42,567 bases of DNA from NCBI GenBank assembly GCA_048213135.1, contig PS015020.1, positions 330,430 through 372,996 of the forward strand, read 5' to 3'. Source of the stretch: Reclinomonas americana ATCC 50394 (Eukaryota). Positions within the stretch are counted from its first letter, which is position 1; each line of letters begins with the position of its first letter. The translations under genes and the position numbers were made by a program. Below the pieces are notes generated by a model. That model was not told where the DNA came from. It ran no database searches and was given only the letters and a program-made list of their open reading frames with translations. Shown piece by piece: positions 12,101-25,119 of the stretch.

Positions 12101-15100
12101 GCTAAAGCGACTGGACACGGAGGTCGAAACGGATCTGCTCACGGTCTACAAAGGGCGGCAGTCCGACGCTGGCGCACTGGTCCGCAAATGGTCCGGCAGC
12201 CTGTCGCCAGCCGATGCAATAGCCGAGGCCGGAGGTAAGAATGGAGTCGCGAGTGCATTTCGAACCACGACACTCACTAGAACGCACGCACACACCACAC
12301 CGCGTAGGCGTCTCGAGTGTCACGCTGCAGTTTACGAGCGACAGCAAGGTTCAAGGCCGCGGATGGGAGGTTGCAGTCTCAGGTTTGTCGTTCGCCGTCA
12401 GGAGAGAAAGTGGCGCTGTTCTGACTCGGGAGACCACAAAATCAGTGTTGCGACCGCTGCAAGTGTCTTTGAGTGGCGGTGGTGAGTTTGGCAGCACTGC
12501 CACCATTCAGCTCACCGCACGGGTGGCGGACCCCGAGCAAGCGTCCACAGCCCTGCAGGTGTGCTGGTACCGGTGTGCTGGAAAATATGAAGCAAAAAAG
12601 CGCCCTGCTGACCTCTCTGAATCAACTGCAGAACTTGCCGGTGCTGTACACGTGGAGCTGCTCCATTGTTTCCGACTCTGGCTCTGGTTCTGCGGCCACT
12701 TCTTCTCCGTGCCCCTCGAATGCTGCATTCTCGTCTGCCACCCCGTCCAGTGTACTGGCGTTGCCGGCGAGTCAGCTCGGAGCGGGGAGGTGCAGACAAA
12801 CCCACAGCACCCTGCTTTTCCTGTCAACAGTATGCTGACTGTGTACGCTTGCAGATATCTCATACAGGTTACGTGTCAGCGCGGGGCACGGCAGCAAAGC
12901 GCCAGTGCCAGTGTCGTGGTGCTTGCCAGCAGCGGTAATGGTGACAGCGGCAGCAGTGGCAGCAGCGGAAGCGGAAGCACTGGCGTTTATTCGGTGTCAC
13001 TCTTTGAGGTATATTTTATGCCTCGCATCTGTGCGAGACACGCGTCTCATCCCAGTCTGACCCCAACGCACATGCGCACAGCCACCGACGTTCGCTGCAA
13101 CGGCCGTGCGTGATCCGACGCTGCCAGTGCTTGTGCAGGCCGATGTGACGGCATCCTCGGGTGGTACCGTCCCCAGCAATCTCACGTACGAGTGGACATT
13201 GACGACTGCCAACAGCGCGGTGTCCGCCTCCGTTGCTCTCGTGAGCGTCCTCGATAGCAGCGGTCGTGCGACTGCGGTGCGTATCGAGGGCGGCTCACTC
13301 ACCAGTGGCGTCGAGTACTCGATCAAGGTCGTGGTTCGCGACAGCCGCGGCAACACTGGTAAGTCGTGTGGAGTTTCGCTTTCGGTTGTTCTTCTCCATT
13401 TACGCGCGCGTGCGTGCACACACGCTGCAGGCTCTGGTTGGCACGCAGTGACCATCGGCACGCCACCCACAGTCGTGGGTCCTCTGCTAGTGACCCCAGC
13501 CAGCGGCACCGAGTGGAGCACCATGTTTACCGTGTTATGTGGGACAGCCACTGCATCGGCATCTGCCTCCATGACGTACACGTATTACGCGGTCGATCCT
13601 GCCTCGGCAAAAAAGGTGTGCGAGTAATTGTGCTTGTATGCGTGTTCTTGTGTGTGCGCCTGTTTCACCATCCGTCGATGCAGGTTCTGGTTGGCACGTC
13701 TTCCGTGCCGCGGATGGCGATGCAACTCATGCGAGGGCGCACGTCGGACGGGCAGCTCACGCTCGTCATGACTGCGGTTGACAGCAGCGGACTGACCAGG
13801 CGCGTACAATACTCTGTATCCATTTTGTTGCGGTTTCGCGTGTGCTGAATTTTTGTGTTGCTCGTAGCGGAGAGCTGCAGACAACCGTCACGGTGCTACC
13901 ATCTGCTGCGTCATCGACTCCGTCAACCTCGCCTACCGACGCTGTTACTGCGGCCAAGCAACGATTGGTGGACGTTTCGAACTCCGTGTCCAATATGATG
14001 CCGCCCGCCAGTACGACAGTGGCCTCGAACGCAGTTGCACGAGTGGCGATGGTCTTGACGCAAGTTCAAGGTACTGCAGGCAGTGTCATTTCTAGTGCCG
14101 ACGGTTTGCATTTCGTAGTACTCTGCTCGAGAGTCCTTGCTGTGTGATCTCTGATGGCTTGGCTTGCTCTGCTGTAGCCTCTCGCGCGATCGTGGATGTG
14201 GCAAGTGTGCTTCGGCAGAGTGCGTCGTCGCTCTCCTCGTCGATGGAGCACTTGCCTGCTGTGAAAGCGGTGGTGGAGCAGTTGGGAACTGTGACGTCGT
14301 TGCGTTTTCCTTGTTTCCATCGCTCCCCCGTCCTTCTCCTCTTTGCTAACTCGAGCTGATCGGCAGTCTCATGCCGAGCTTGATCGAGAGTCACCGCAGC
14401 CAAGCGCTGCTGCAGGTGACAAGTGCGGTCAAGTCTATTGCATTGTCGTCAGTGATGCGTGATGCCAGTGTCGTCACGGTGAGTGCTTTGGCGTCGTCGT
14501 CGGCGGCAGCGCGTGTTTCAAGCGTTTTTGTTGACTCATTTTTCCTGAATTAATAGAGTGTGCTGACGACCACGGATCGTTTGCTTGATCGCACAACACT
14601 TGGGCTGAGTACCGGCGCCGTCATGCCACCCTTTGCGGTAGCGGCGGCGGCAGAGGCTGCACGATCCGTGCTCGCTGCCGCAACACAGACCAAGGTTGGA
14701 TTGAGAAAGCGAGATTGCTTTTTCGTTGTCATTCAGTTACACACTAAATGGTCTGTGTGGCGCAGTCGGAAAGCGACGCTCCGCCCACGTACAACGGGAC
14801 CAACATGCGAGTCCAAGTTCAGCAGCTGTCGGCCACAGCACCGCCAAACAGCAGCGTCATGGTGCACACTTTGCCTTCTCCTGGTGTGGTTGTGCGTGCT
14901 GACGTATGCGTGTGTCTGTGTAACGTGCAGATGGCCACCAATTCCACCTCGATCACTGACGCCCTGGCACAGCTCACCACCAACACTGGTACGATGACTG
15001 TCGTTTGCGACTGTGCGTGTGTGTAGATTTTTTTGCTACTCTGTTGATCACGCGTGCTCAGGAGGCTCGGTTGCGGTCGTGCTGCCTACCTCCATGAAAA

Positions 15101-18100
15101 CCGCGTTTTCCACAGCCAGATCTGTGTCGGTGACCGAGTACAAAGGTGCGTGATGCTCCGTGTCGTGGGTATCTTGTTCCTTTTGCGCAATATGATCACG
15201 CCTGTCGATTTCCAGGACTCAATCCGCACGAAGCGGACATGACCCCGCTGGTTCCCGCTCTTCTTGCTTCGTCAGTGGTCACGATCGACCTGCTCGATGA
15301 TTCATTCAAAGATGTCAATGTTGCCAACGCCACTGAGCCGTTCTGGTTCGATCTTCCATCACGAAACCGCACTGCATTTGACAGTATGCAACAAAAGCTG
15401 GTGCGGTTGTGTGCGGTTGTGTGTGCGTGTGTGTGCCCCGTCGCTGACGGATATAGCACAGGACTCGCTCGCGGCTCTCGTGGACAAGTGCAGCGGCGCA
15501 GCGACGACTGCACCCGCCTCGGATGGCACGCGTCTGTTGCCTCTGTTCAATGTGTGCCAGCAGAATGCAACTGCAAGTGGAGGTTCCACTCGCGCCGTGA
15601 ACACCACCGGTCTGCCACAGCACTTTGACCTTTGTCGATACTGGAGCGTGAGTGATGGACGTTGGATGGGCGACGGCTGTTTGTCATACCTAAAGGTTTG
15701 CGTTATTGTGGCAAGCTGCACGGGACATCGTGCTCATTTTCGAGTTGTAGATTCGCGGTGGCCATGTCAGCGCTGTGACATGTGCTTGCCGCCATATGAC
15801 CTCGTTTGTGCTCGACCTGGCCGATGTCAACTCTGCATCCGTGCCCTTTGCTCGGTGTGTCCGTGTGTGAGAATTCACTGCAACGGCGCTGTCTCTCATT
15901 TGCGGAGGCGGATACAGCGCACCGATTACTGGTTCATTAGTCGTCCTCCTCTTCACGAGTCCTGTGTTTTACTCTGTTCTCGGTTCGTGCCGTGTCTTGC
16001 CTGTCTCGCGTGACTTGCCTGCCTACCTGACCTTCTCGCCACCGCCAGTGTGCTACCTGCTCTACCTGTCGCTGTGGCCTCTTCTCGCTCGTGCTGACCA
16101 CCGTCGTGACGCTCGCGCACGGTTGTACGCCGTTCGGAAGGAACTGGCTGTCGCCCGCGAGGTACGCAGCACTGCTTACACGTCGTTGTTGGCAGGCAGT
16201 CGTACTGAAAACTACGCACGTCATGTAACAGAAGCGCGCTCCGACAACCTACGCGCCGTTCCGCGGTCTATTCGACTTCCGCGAGTGCGTAGATCAATAC
16301 AACAAGTTGGCTGCTGGCGCCGGTCAGTCGTGCATCACGTTGCGACCCGCTGGCTACCATGCCGAGTTGCGCGCTCGTGTGTGTCAGCTCATTCTCGTAC
16401 GTTTCTCAAATAGGTCATCATCTCCTCTTTTCATCCAGATGTGCTGTCGCTCCACCATCGCCCACAAACGGCGCTGAGGGTCGCTTTGTGGAGGATTACG
16501 CACCATCGTCGCTCTGCCTGTCGGAATACGGCGGCGATGCGTTTGGTGAAGTAGAGACTGCCAGATCTCCGTTGGCATCGCCCCCACCGCTGCCACAAGC
16601 GCCGCCGCCGCCGCCACCACCACCACCACCACCTGCGCCGCTGTCGTCTCTCCCGCGTCACATGTCGCACCGTCGGAGCCTCTCCAACGATGCCATCTCC
16701 TCGCCAGTTTTCTTCCGCCGACGGGCTGACTCGGTCGTGTCGACGGTGAGTCATGATTTATGAGTCTCATTCTCCTGTTCTTGTATTCAAGCTGCTGGTC
16801 AGGAGGACAATGATGACGACACGCCAGTGCGCTCGTCGGTGCGCACAATGTCGTTTGCTTCCTGCGCACAGCCGCCCACTCACGATCGATGTGCGCACAG
16901 AGACGTGGCTCACGCGCCGCCATGCTGCCGTCCATGCCGAGGGTTACGGCCGCCGCTTGTGTTCTGGGTGCTGGGTGCTGCTGTGTTGACACGTATACTT
17001 ACGTGCAGACCACGGACGACATTCGTGAGGTGCGAGACACGAGCAGCAACAAGGGTGGTCAGCTGACATACCGATCGAACAAGCGAGTGGACGGTGAGCG
17101 GGTGTTGTGCTGTTCTGTGATGCGGCGAGCATGTGGTCACTGAAATGCCCTCGAGCAGATGTTATTCGTGCTTTGCGGTGTCGCTCGGTGGAGCATGGTG
17201 CGTCGAATCATCTTCTGCGCGTGCGTTGTTCCTCAAGCTGACTGTCTCCCCTTTTCAGTGGTCTCCACGGAGACAACCTTTGCTACGTTCCGCAAGTCCT
17301 CCACCGCCTCCGTGAGCAGTGACGTTGGCCTGCTGGCCGCGCCAACGGTGCTTGTTGCTCGCATGTACTTGCGTTGCGATTGTATCTCATCTCTTCTCTG
17401 CACTTCTTTACGTGTACAGTTCACGCCAAGTGAATCCTCCAAAAGTGTGGTCGTGGAGGTTGCGCTGCCGCCAGTGCCTCACTTGCAAGTGCCTGCCGGC
17501 ACCGATCTGCGACACACTCTGCGGCAGCATCTGACAGCCATTGCGCGATTCCGCAGTTTCGTTTATGATGCACACGGTATGTGTTATCTGAATGCGGAAC
17601 ACTCACCATTGCGTTCGTCGTGTAGAGTGTGTTGGCCGTGTGGTGGAGGAGCGACGAGCTCAGTCCGCCCTCTCGCGAGCTTGGGATTTCACCTGGCACC
17701 ATCACTGGTGGTGCGCAGTCGTCTCCGATCGAACCGGCAATCGATACCGGCGCACACAGCGACTTACGGCATTGTGGTTCAGCCTGTTGTGCGTTGCCTT
17801 CTGTTGCTCGGCGTACACCACCTTTGCCACTGCCACGGGTGCGGCAATGTCCCTGGTTGCGGTCGTCGTCATGGTGCTGGTTGCTGGTGTGTTATCAAGT
17901 TGCATCTCGATCTCAAAACATGCATGTTGTACTGAGATGCTGTCTGCGCAGCACCTTGCCTTACAGTGCTCCGACACGCGGCTGGCGCACTCTTCCAGTG
18001 CACACCACGCTTGCCACTCTCGAGCACCTGGTTGGAGACTGGTGATTCGGTTCTTCGCCAGCGTCTGTTGGAGCAACCGTCACTCGAAGAGAGTGTCATT

Positions 18101-20518
18101 CGACCCACATTGGAGCAGGTGAATTCCAATCCTTTGCACAAGTCCGCGGCGGCTTCTTATCGCACTCTGCAGAGTGGTCGCGTGGAGCCGTTCGGTGAGG
18201 AGAAAGGTCCTGCCGCGCACTCGTCCAAAGTCAGTAGCGCAAGCCCAGCAGAGTCGCCATCGCGTTGCGTGCACTTTCGGCGACAGTCCATGCCACCAAT
18301 CATTCACATCCATTGCCTCCCACGCGCAGTGCTTGGAGCGTTGTCTTCGGGTTCGCAGACGACTCGGAGTACGTCGATGGCATCACCGAGCACCGTGGGA
18401 CTCGTTGCGGCTCATATTGTGCTGCTGATTGGAGACTCTCCGTTTTCACTCACATTGCTGCTGCTCTCCGATTTGCAGATGAATCTCACAGTCACGTCTG
18501 CCAAGGATCAGCCGTCACCTCGTGTGCCCGCGGTGAGAGACTTATTTCTTCATCACGAATGTGTTGCTGGCTCATCACTCACTTCAATTGCAGGCGGGAT
18601 TCTTGAGCACCCGGTCCGACAGTCTGCGAAAGGTGCGCATACAACAAGCGTGTGTGTGTGTGTGCATGTGCTCATGGTCATCTTGCGTGACAATGTTGTG
18701 CAGAGACCGCTCCCGGTCGGGCAGCCGCCAAGACTCGCAACTCTTGCCAACATCTCTGTGTCGGTGACAAGTAGTGAAGAGGTGCAGTGTCGCCTGGCTC
18801 GCCGCCTCTGTCCATTTTGTATTGCGCTCACGCGCTCCATCTCCAGTTCGGTGCGAGTCTTCCGGGCTCCATTGGCTCGCCGACGTCGGCAAGCGTGCAA
18901 GCCGCCGGAGCAATCGTATCTGATGACGACAGTGACGCGGCAACGGACGATGAATTCAACGACGGCTCGCTGGTGGTGAGTGCACACGATTCAATGCGTT
19001 GTGATCGAGGTGCACAGAGTCACTGACGTTGTCTGGCAGAGCGACGGGAGCGAGTTCACGGATCATAGCGTCACCAGCAGCATGGCGTCTACGCACTCCG
19101 CATCCATGGTACGTTGTCTTGCTTCTGTTTGAACGCGCGTAGCGCCACCAACTGTCAACGCGCAGCGAGTGCGACCCCGTGCACGTCGTGCAAGTCGCCA
19201 GTCAGAGCAACTGCCAGGTGCGTCTGGTTGGGCATTGCTTTTTCCTCAAAAATCTCTGACTGATTTGGTAACGGCGTGCAGCTGCGTTCACCATTGTTCA
19301 CGTACGCGCGGATGAGGGTGGACGGCGAGAGGACATGCGACACATGCGACTCGCTGGTGTCCTCGGCATGCCCTCATCGTTGCCGTCGGTCATTGAGTTG
19401 TGCCCGGGCCTGTACGACTCGATTGTGCTACCACCCGACGCTTGCACTCCCGACGGCACGCTCACTCTGCGTGCGTCGCATCGTCGTACCGTGGTCAGTC
19501 AGCGAGTGGCGCGCGGGGCGTGCGTAGCAATCAGATGTCTGAGTCGTTGCTGCCTTGGTGCAGGTTTTCTCCCCGGCGGCATTCTCGCTGACCGCTCTGG
19601 AAGAGCTCGCCAACTGGCGTCGTGAGCTGTCAGCAGGTCGCGCGCAGCTCCGTGACATGGAACATATTGTGCGTGAGCTGCCGCCAGCAATTACCATTCG
19701 TTGCGATTCACGAGCGGAAGGAGATATTGCAGTTGCGCTGATCCATGCTGTGTCGTTTGCACTGTGCAGACTTCGCCTAACACCTATCTATCAATACGCA
19801 GGTGCAGCGCGGTCACCAGCTGGTGCGACGCATCGTGCTGGATGGTCTGTTTGTCGATGGAGCCAATGTGGCGGTGGCGGTGGCGGGCGGTGCGAGTGGC
19901 TCTCGTGCCGTGGAGATTGTTGTGCAGAACTGTGATTTGCGAGAGTGTGCACACGTGGCGAGTTATGACGCGCCGCTTACGTATGTACGAGCGCGAGTGC
20001 GGGCCGACGGGAATCTTCACATTCTGCCTGCGGTCGCTGCCGCCAGCACTCCTCAGCTGAACGGCGAGGAAACCGACAAGGACGGTCGCACAGTCAAAGC
20101 TGTGCTTACGCGTGCGGTCGTCGAGTCCTACAGAAAGTTCCTGGAGGGCAACCTGCCGTACAGGTTTGGCGTGATGCATAGGCGGGCGCTGTTCCTTTCA
20201 TGTTGCTGACAAGTCGCGCAGTGTGGTGTACGTCACGTACACGATCTTGTGGGCCCTCGGTGTGGCGTGTTGTGTACTCCTGGGCACCGTGGCAAGTGAT
20301 GCCGTCCTCCGCACGAGTGTGGGTACAGCAGCGGCCGTGGCCCTTTGCGGAGGGTGTGTACACTTCGAACTGTTTTTGCAGAGCATACATTAACCTTAAC
20401 AGTCAACATTGTTATCGTTGTACAAAAATGCAGGGCGGCTGTGGATTTCCTGGTGCTGGAGATGATTCTCATGTTCGTCCGCAGACGGTTCGCTCGGCGA
20501 TCACGTGCGGGAGAATGA
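6184..20518 (+). CDS. Giant polycystin-1/PKDREJ-like receptor: signal peptide, 13 FN3-like repeats, CUB, REJ, GAIN/GPS, ~5 TM, with a beta-helix-like cytoplasmic insert (many exons; start codon uncertain)
   Basis: Signal WSLAVVFMLLVAMSATA; FN3-like ..CxW..C.LTGL.P.T.Y..RVR; CUB; REJ (SLSGGG..ADPE..YTWSC, PLLVTPASGTEWSTMFTV); GPS CRYWSVSDGRWMGDGC...CACRHMTSF; PKD1-like HHWWCAVV...YRRTQRLTAL; LPYSVVYVTYTILWALG; end AAVDFLVLEMILMFVRRRFARRSRAGE*. Confidence 0.82.
6447..11762 (+). repeat. 13 tandem FN3-like protein repeats of gene 3
   Basis: Cores in order: CAW, CTW, CTTW, CWW, CTW, CQW, CAW, CDW, CTW, CTW, CVW, CVW, CAW, mostly preceded by a (T/S/N)P(R/K/V)F motif and followed by C..(T/S)GL. Confidence 0.8.
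11846..12385 (+). other. CUB domain of gene 3
   Basis: CTG...VNDGS...YSPDLSCLWVL...LKRLDTEVETDLLTVYKG...WSGS...VTLQFTSDSKVQGRGWEV. Confidence 0.85.
15630..15815 (+). other. GPS autoproteolysis motif of gene 3
   Basis: CRYW...WMGDGC | IRGGHVSAVTCACRHMTSF; HMT at 15793-15801. Confidence 0.9.
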
Positions 20519-20566
20519 AGAGACGAATGGGAAATATTGTTGCAGTTGCACCGCGGCCATACTTGC

Positions 20567-23500
20567 TTAGCGCCTCGTTGGTGAAGCGACGGCGGTGACC
20601 ACTCGACGCTTGGACTTGCGTCGTGCGCACTGGTAGTGCGCGAGACCAAACATGACGGCCACGAGGATTTTCAGCGGCTCTGCGCACAATCGGGTGAGCG
20701 ACACAAAGAGCACGCTGACCAAATGCCCAGGCAATATGACATACCATTGAAGAACCAGTCTGTGCGCACGATGCAGCGGATGAGACAACAGTGTCTGTGC
20801 AACGAAAAAATGAGACGAGGGCACGTACCAGTAACTGTGCCCGTCCATGCAGCCGTAAACACCGAGTCGGTTCCGTCCTCCTGTGCCTGCTTGCCGGCAT
20901 TGACGAGCGTCAAGTATGTGACAATGATGCCTATTGCAGCATAGCAGTGAGGAGGACGCAGCAGAATGAAATTGGCGAGAAAACGGGAGTTCGAACCGAG
21001 AAGCCACAGGGAGGCCATGGCAATGTACACGAGAGTATACGGCAATCGGCTTGTGTTGTCTGTTGGGTGATGAAAAGGGAACATATATGAGTTCATACAC
21101 CGCCCACGCTCTGCAAAAGCTGCAGACTACGTACATCGCTCCCTCAGACGAGCAAAGCATCCGCGTTCTGCATATTGTCGACACGCATGAAATGTGAGAA
21201 AAAGGGGGAGCACAGGAGCCGCCAAACTGTGCGTAACTCTGCTGTGCAGGCAAAAGCGGGTTGTCAAACTCCGACTCTTGATCGACGCGACTGCGCAAGC
21301 CACGCTCGTCATCGTAGATGGAGACCACCGAGTGGTCCAGCATGCGACGCCGTGACGACACGGACGACGTGTCCGACTGCCGGGCGAATGGACTGCGATG
21401 CGGTGCGTCCATGTCCTCGTCGCCACCGATTTGAACATTGGTGGGCGAGTTGATGGTCACCGTCATCAGCTGCGTGAGGCACACGAGTCAAATTCCGTGC
21501 ACAGTGGTGACGTAGTAGCTTGTTTGCTGCATACCTCATCTTCGACACCGGTTCGCATCCGCGGCGAGCTGGCCGGCAACGGGGGCAAAATTGCATTAGA
21601 CCGACGACCACGAATGGTGGCCAGTGCCATGGACAATGGAGGCGGGCCAGGTGGCGGAGGCGCACGGGCACCACCCGACACGTGTGCCGTATCGGGCGAG
21701 GCCATGAACGGCGCGGTGAACTGCGCCGCATCACGGGACATGCTGTCGGCGGCCAGACGACGGAGCGTGGGATTGGCCGACAGTTGGGCGGCCAGCAGAG
21801 CAAGTGAACGCGACGGGCCGCTGCCGACTGGTGTCACCGCTCCGGAGGAGGGCGGCGACTCACCACGCGACGGAGCCGGTGAAGCGTTCGCACTTCCTGA
21901 TTCGCTCAACAGCGGCGCATTCTCGCGAACGGACACGCCGCCTGGAGTGACCGTGCCAGCCACCGAAAATGGTCGACCACCGGGCGACATGGGACGCACA
22001 CTGCTGCTGCCGCTGCCATTGGATGTTCGCCCTGCAACAAGAACAGGTCAGAAAAAAACAGATGGAAATAGTACCGAAAAGGGGCAGTGAGTGACTCACG
22101 ATTATGCGCACTGCCAGTTGGTGAGTGTACCACATCAAATAGCGCCTCATCGAGGCGGTCGAGGGAGGGACGGCGCGAAAGCACTGCACACCACCAAGAA
22201 AAACAGTGAGTATACCAATGTATGAAGAGAAGAGGACAGAGCAGCGCAGTACAAACCTGGCGTTCCTGGCACTGTGTTGCGTGCGATACAGCAAGGCAGC
22301 ATCGAGTGAGCACACAAGGATTGGGAGACATAAGCGGAAGGAGCATCCAAAAAAAAAAACACGCACATGACTGCTGCAGCGGGTCCCACTGGCCTTCCCA
22401 TGTTGCATTGTCGCCGGCTTCTGACGACGTACTTGATACAGACGTTGATCGGTCGTCGGCACTTCTCAGCTCCAGTTCACTGACCAGGCGCTTCAACTTG
22501 CGCACTTCGCCCGTCTCAAAGCACGTGCTGTGCAACGGTACGCGCGGCGTCCCGACTACGCATGAAACAAGCAACGATCAGCAAGCATGTCATGCACGGC
22601 TTTGAATCGCGAAACGGTACGCACTGAAAATGGTGACAAAGAGGACCTCAAACGGCAGCGCCATCAGTCCTGCAAGATGGAGTGAGCCAGAGAAGAACGG
22701 ACACGCGGACGAACGCAAGCAACTAACCAGAAATGATGCCAATCCACAGGTCTGCGACACGAGATACATATCAACGAGAAAATTAAGAATCACACGTCGA
22801 CAATCCAGACAGTGCATGATGCCGCTGCGCACCTTGCAGGACGCTGGAGATCTGGTTGGTTGGTCGCTGGTTGATGAACACGGAAGAGAACCAGACGGCC
22901 AGCAGGATGGCAAACCAGACCATCTGCAGCGAGCGGATCGACGATGAGCGACACCTCGTAAGTCACGACGTGCTCAACAAGCGCAACACGCAACCGTCAG
23001 CTTCTGGTACTTGCGGAACGGGTCAGAGCGGGCGCCAGTGAAACTCGACAACAGCGTGTGGTCCTCCTTGAAAACGTGCATAACACGCACAGCGTACTTC
23101 TTGAGGACCGGCTGAGTGCGCCGTGCTTCAATCACCTTGAACACAATCGCTCGGAATCGCGCAATCGCCGACATGTGACCACGTACGACCGTCACATCTG
23201 CTGGCGGCAGTTGCGCCACCGCCGTCGCACCCGCAGTGTCGTCGGCTGCAGGAGCAGACAGACAAACAGTGAGACGCATGCCGTACCGCAACATCAGCAG
23301 CTACAGCAACTCACCAAACGACACCTCCATGTCGTTGTCCTCACTGATCATGGTGTCGGCGGCGGCTGACGCTCCTGCTCGCAGCAACATGTCAATACAA
23401 TGCCATTGAGTGACAAGAAACGCAAGCATTTTTTGTTGGCAGAATCCGCAAACTCACCCAAGATGCGGATGGAGCTGCGGCTGGCTCGTGATCGCGACAC

Positions 23501-24821
23501 GCGCTGTTGAACTGCGGGGTGACACGGCGGTCAGTGGAATGGAGAAGAGTCGATGCCAGTGCACACGGTTACTCAACTCGCACGGGTGCGGACGAGACGC
23601 ACCACGTCGCTGAACGAGAAGATGCCGCGCAGTTGCTGGCCGAGAGCGTCGACAGCCGACTGCGTACAAGTAAAATGGCATGGTAACGGTGAGCATCGAC
23701 AATTTCCCCCATGAACAACACAGAAACGCACTGACTCACCGGGTCGCGTTGCGTCTGACGAGCCGCCAGCAAACGCCGTGCGTGCTTTTCACGCAGGATG
23801 CGATCATTACGCCGGTCGTAGTAGACCACAATCGGGAACATGATAATGTAAAGGATGTGGATGGCCAGAAGCCAGAAGAAGATTGGGCGCTTGTAAATGT
23901 CGGAGAGGAAGCTGAAATCGAACGGATTGGCAAAGGTGAACTCGATGGCAAAGATCTGCGCACATCAGACGCATTGAGCAAAGGCGGGAAACAGATGGCA
24001 GGCCAGCCAGCAGGAAAGAACGCAACGGCTTGCAGATCAATCGTGAAATCAGTCATGTGGTTGCACGCGCAGTGAATGCGCGTGACGTTGCCACCAGGCT
24101 GCACCTCCAAGTAGGCCGAGCAGCCGTCGGAACGGAAGGTGCTCGTGTGCTGCGACAAAGCGGGTGTGAGCAACGATGTGACGGGAGTGCAAGGGGAAGG
24201 AATTAGCGTGGCACTATACCTCATCCCAGTAGACACACATGTCGAGCGCAGGCGGAACAACCTTGGTCGGCTCGCCAAATGTGCTGTTGCAAATGTGGAA
24301 TGCCGGAAGCAAAATGGCGTAGTTGGCGGCGGCCGGCGGCTGCACAGGCATGTCGTTGTTGCACTTGGAGATGCGGTTGAGGACGGTGGTCTGTGGGTCG
24401 ACACCATGTGAGCTAGACAGGCATGTTTTTGGTGGGGGCTCAGGAACAATGAAAACACGCAACGAATGCCGGCTGCAGCTGATCAAACAGGGCGCGCGAC
24501 TGCTGTCCGATTTCAAACGAAAAGTTGTCGGGCATCCTCTCCAGCGGCAGCGGCACCAAGATAGACGTCGGATCGCGGTCGGTGCGTCTTTGGAAGACGC
24601 TAATGCGCTGCACCGGTGACGCGAGACGGTTGGAGAGATGGTCGTTGCGAATGTCCAGTGCGTATGGGTTCGCCGCGGAATCGAATTGCACCGACATGTA
24701 GACCGGCGAGCGAGTGGCGAGCGTGGTCGTGTAGGAGCGCGGCACACTGAAGCTCGAGAAGAAGTGCTGGCTGCTGAGGGGCTGCACATCGGGAATGCCG
24801 GCGGCGATGTTGTCCTTGATC

Positions 24822-24867
<46 letters not shown>

Positions 24868-25084
24868 TGATAGTAGACGACGAGAGTACGTACGTAACGA
24901 AACGTAACGACGACGAACGAAACGAACGCGTACGGTACGGAACCGGTACCGTACCGGACCGGGTCCGGTTACCGGNNNNNNNNNNNNNNNNNNNNCGGTA
25001 CGGTAACGGTACGTACGTACGGTACGGTACGTACGTACGTACGACGAGTAGACGTAAGTAGGACGGTACGTACGGACGACGACG

Positions 25085-25119
<35 letters not shown>

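Noticed and set aside
19840-19875. VDGANVA resembles an NYN/PIN RNase motif
   Set aside because: No downstream acidic catalytic motifs; the context fits beta-helix rungs better
24868-25087. Quasi-palindromic GTAC/ACG/CCGG-rich sequence around the gap
   Set aside because: Looks like read-end noise after a GA microsatellite (TACG-cycle, pyrosequencing-like) beside an N gap; most likely an artefact
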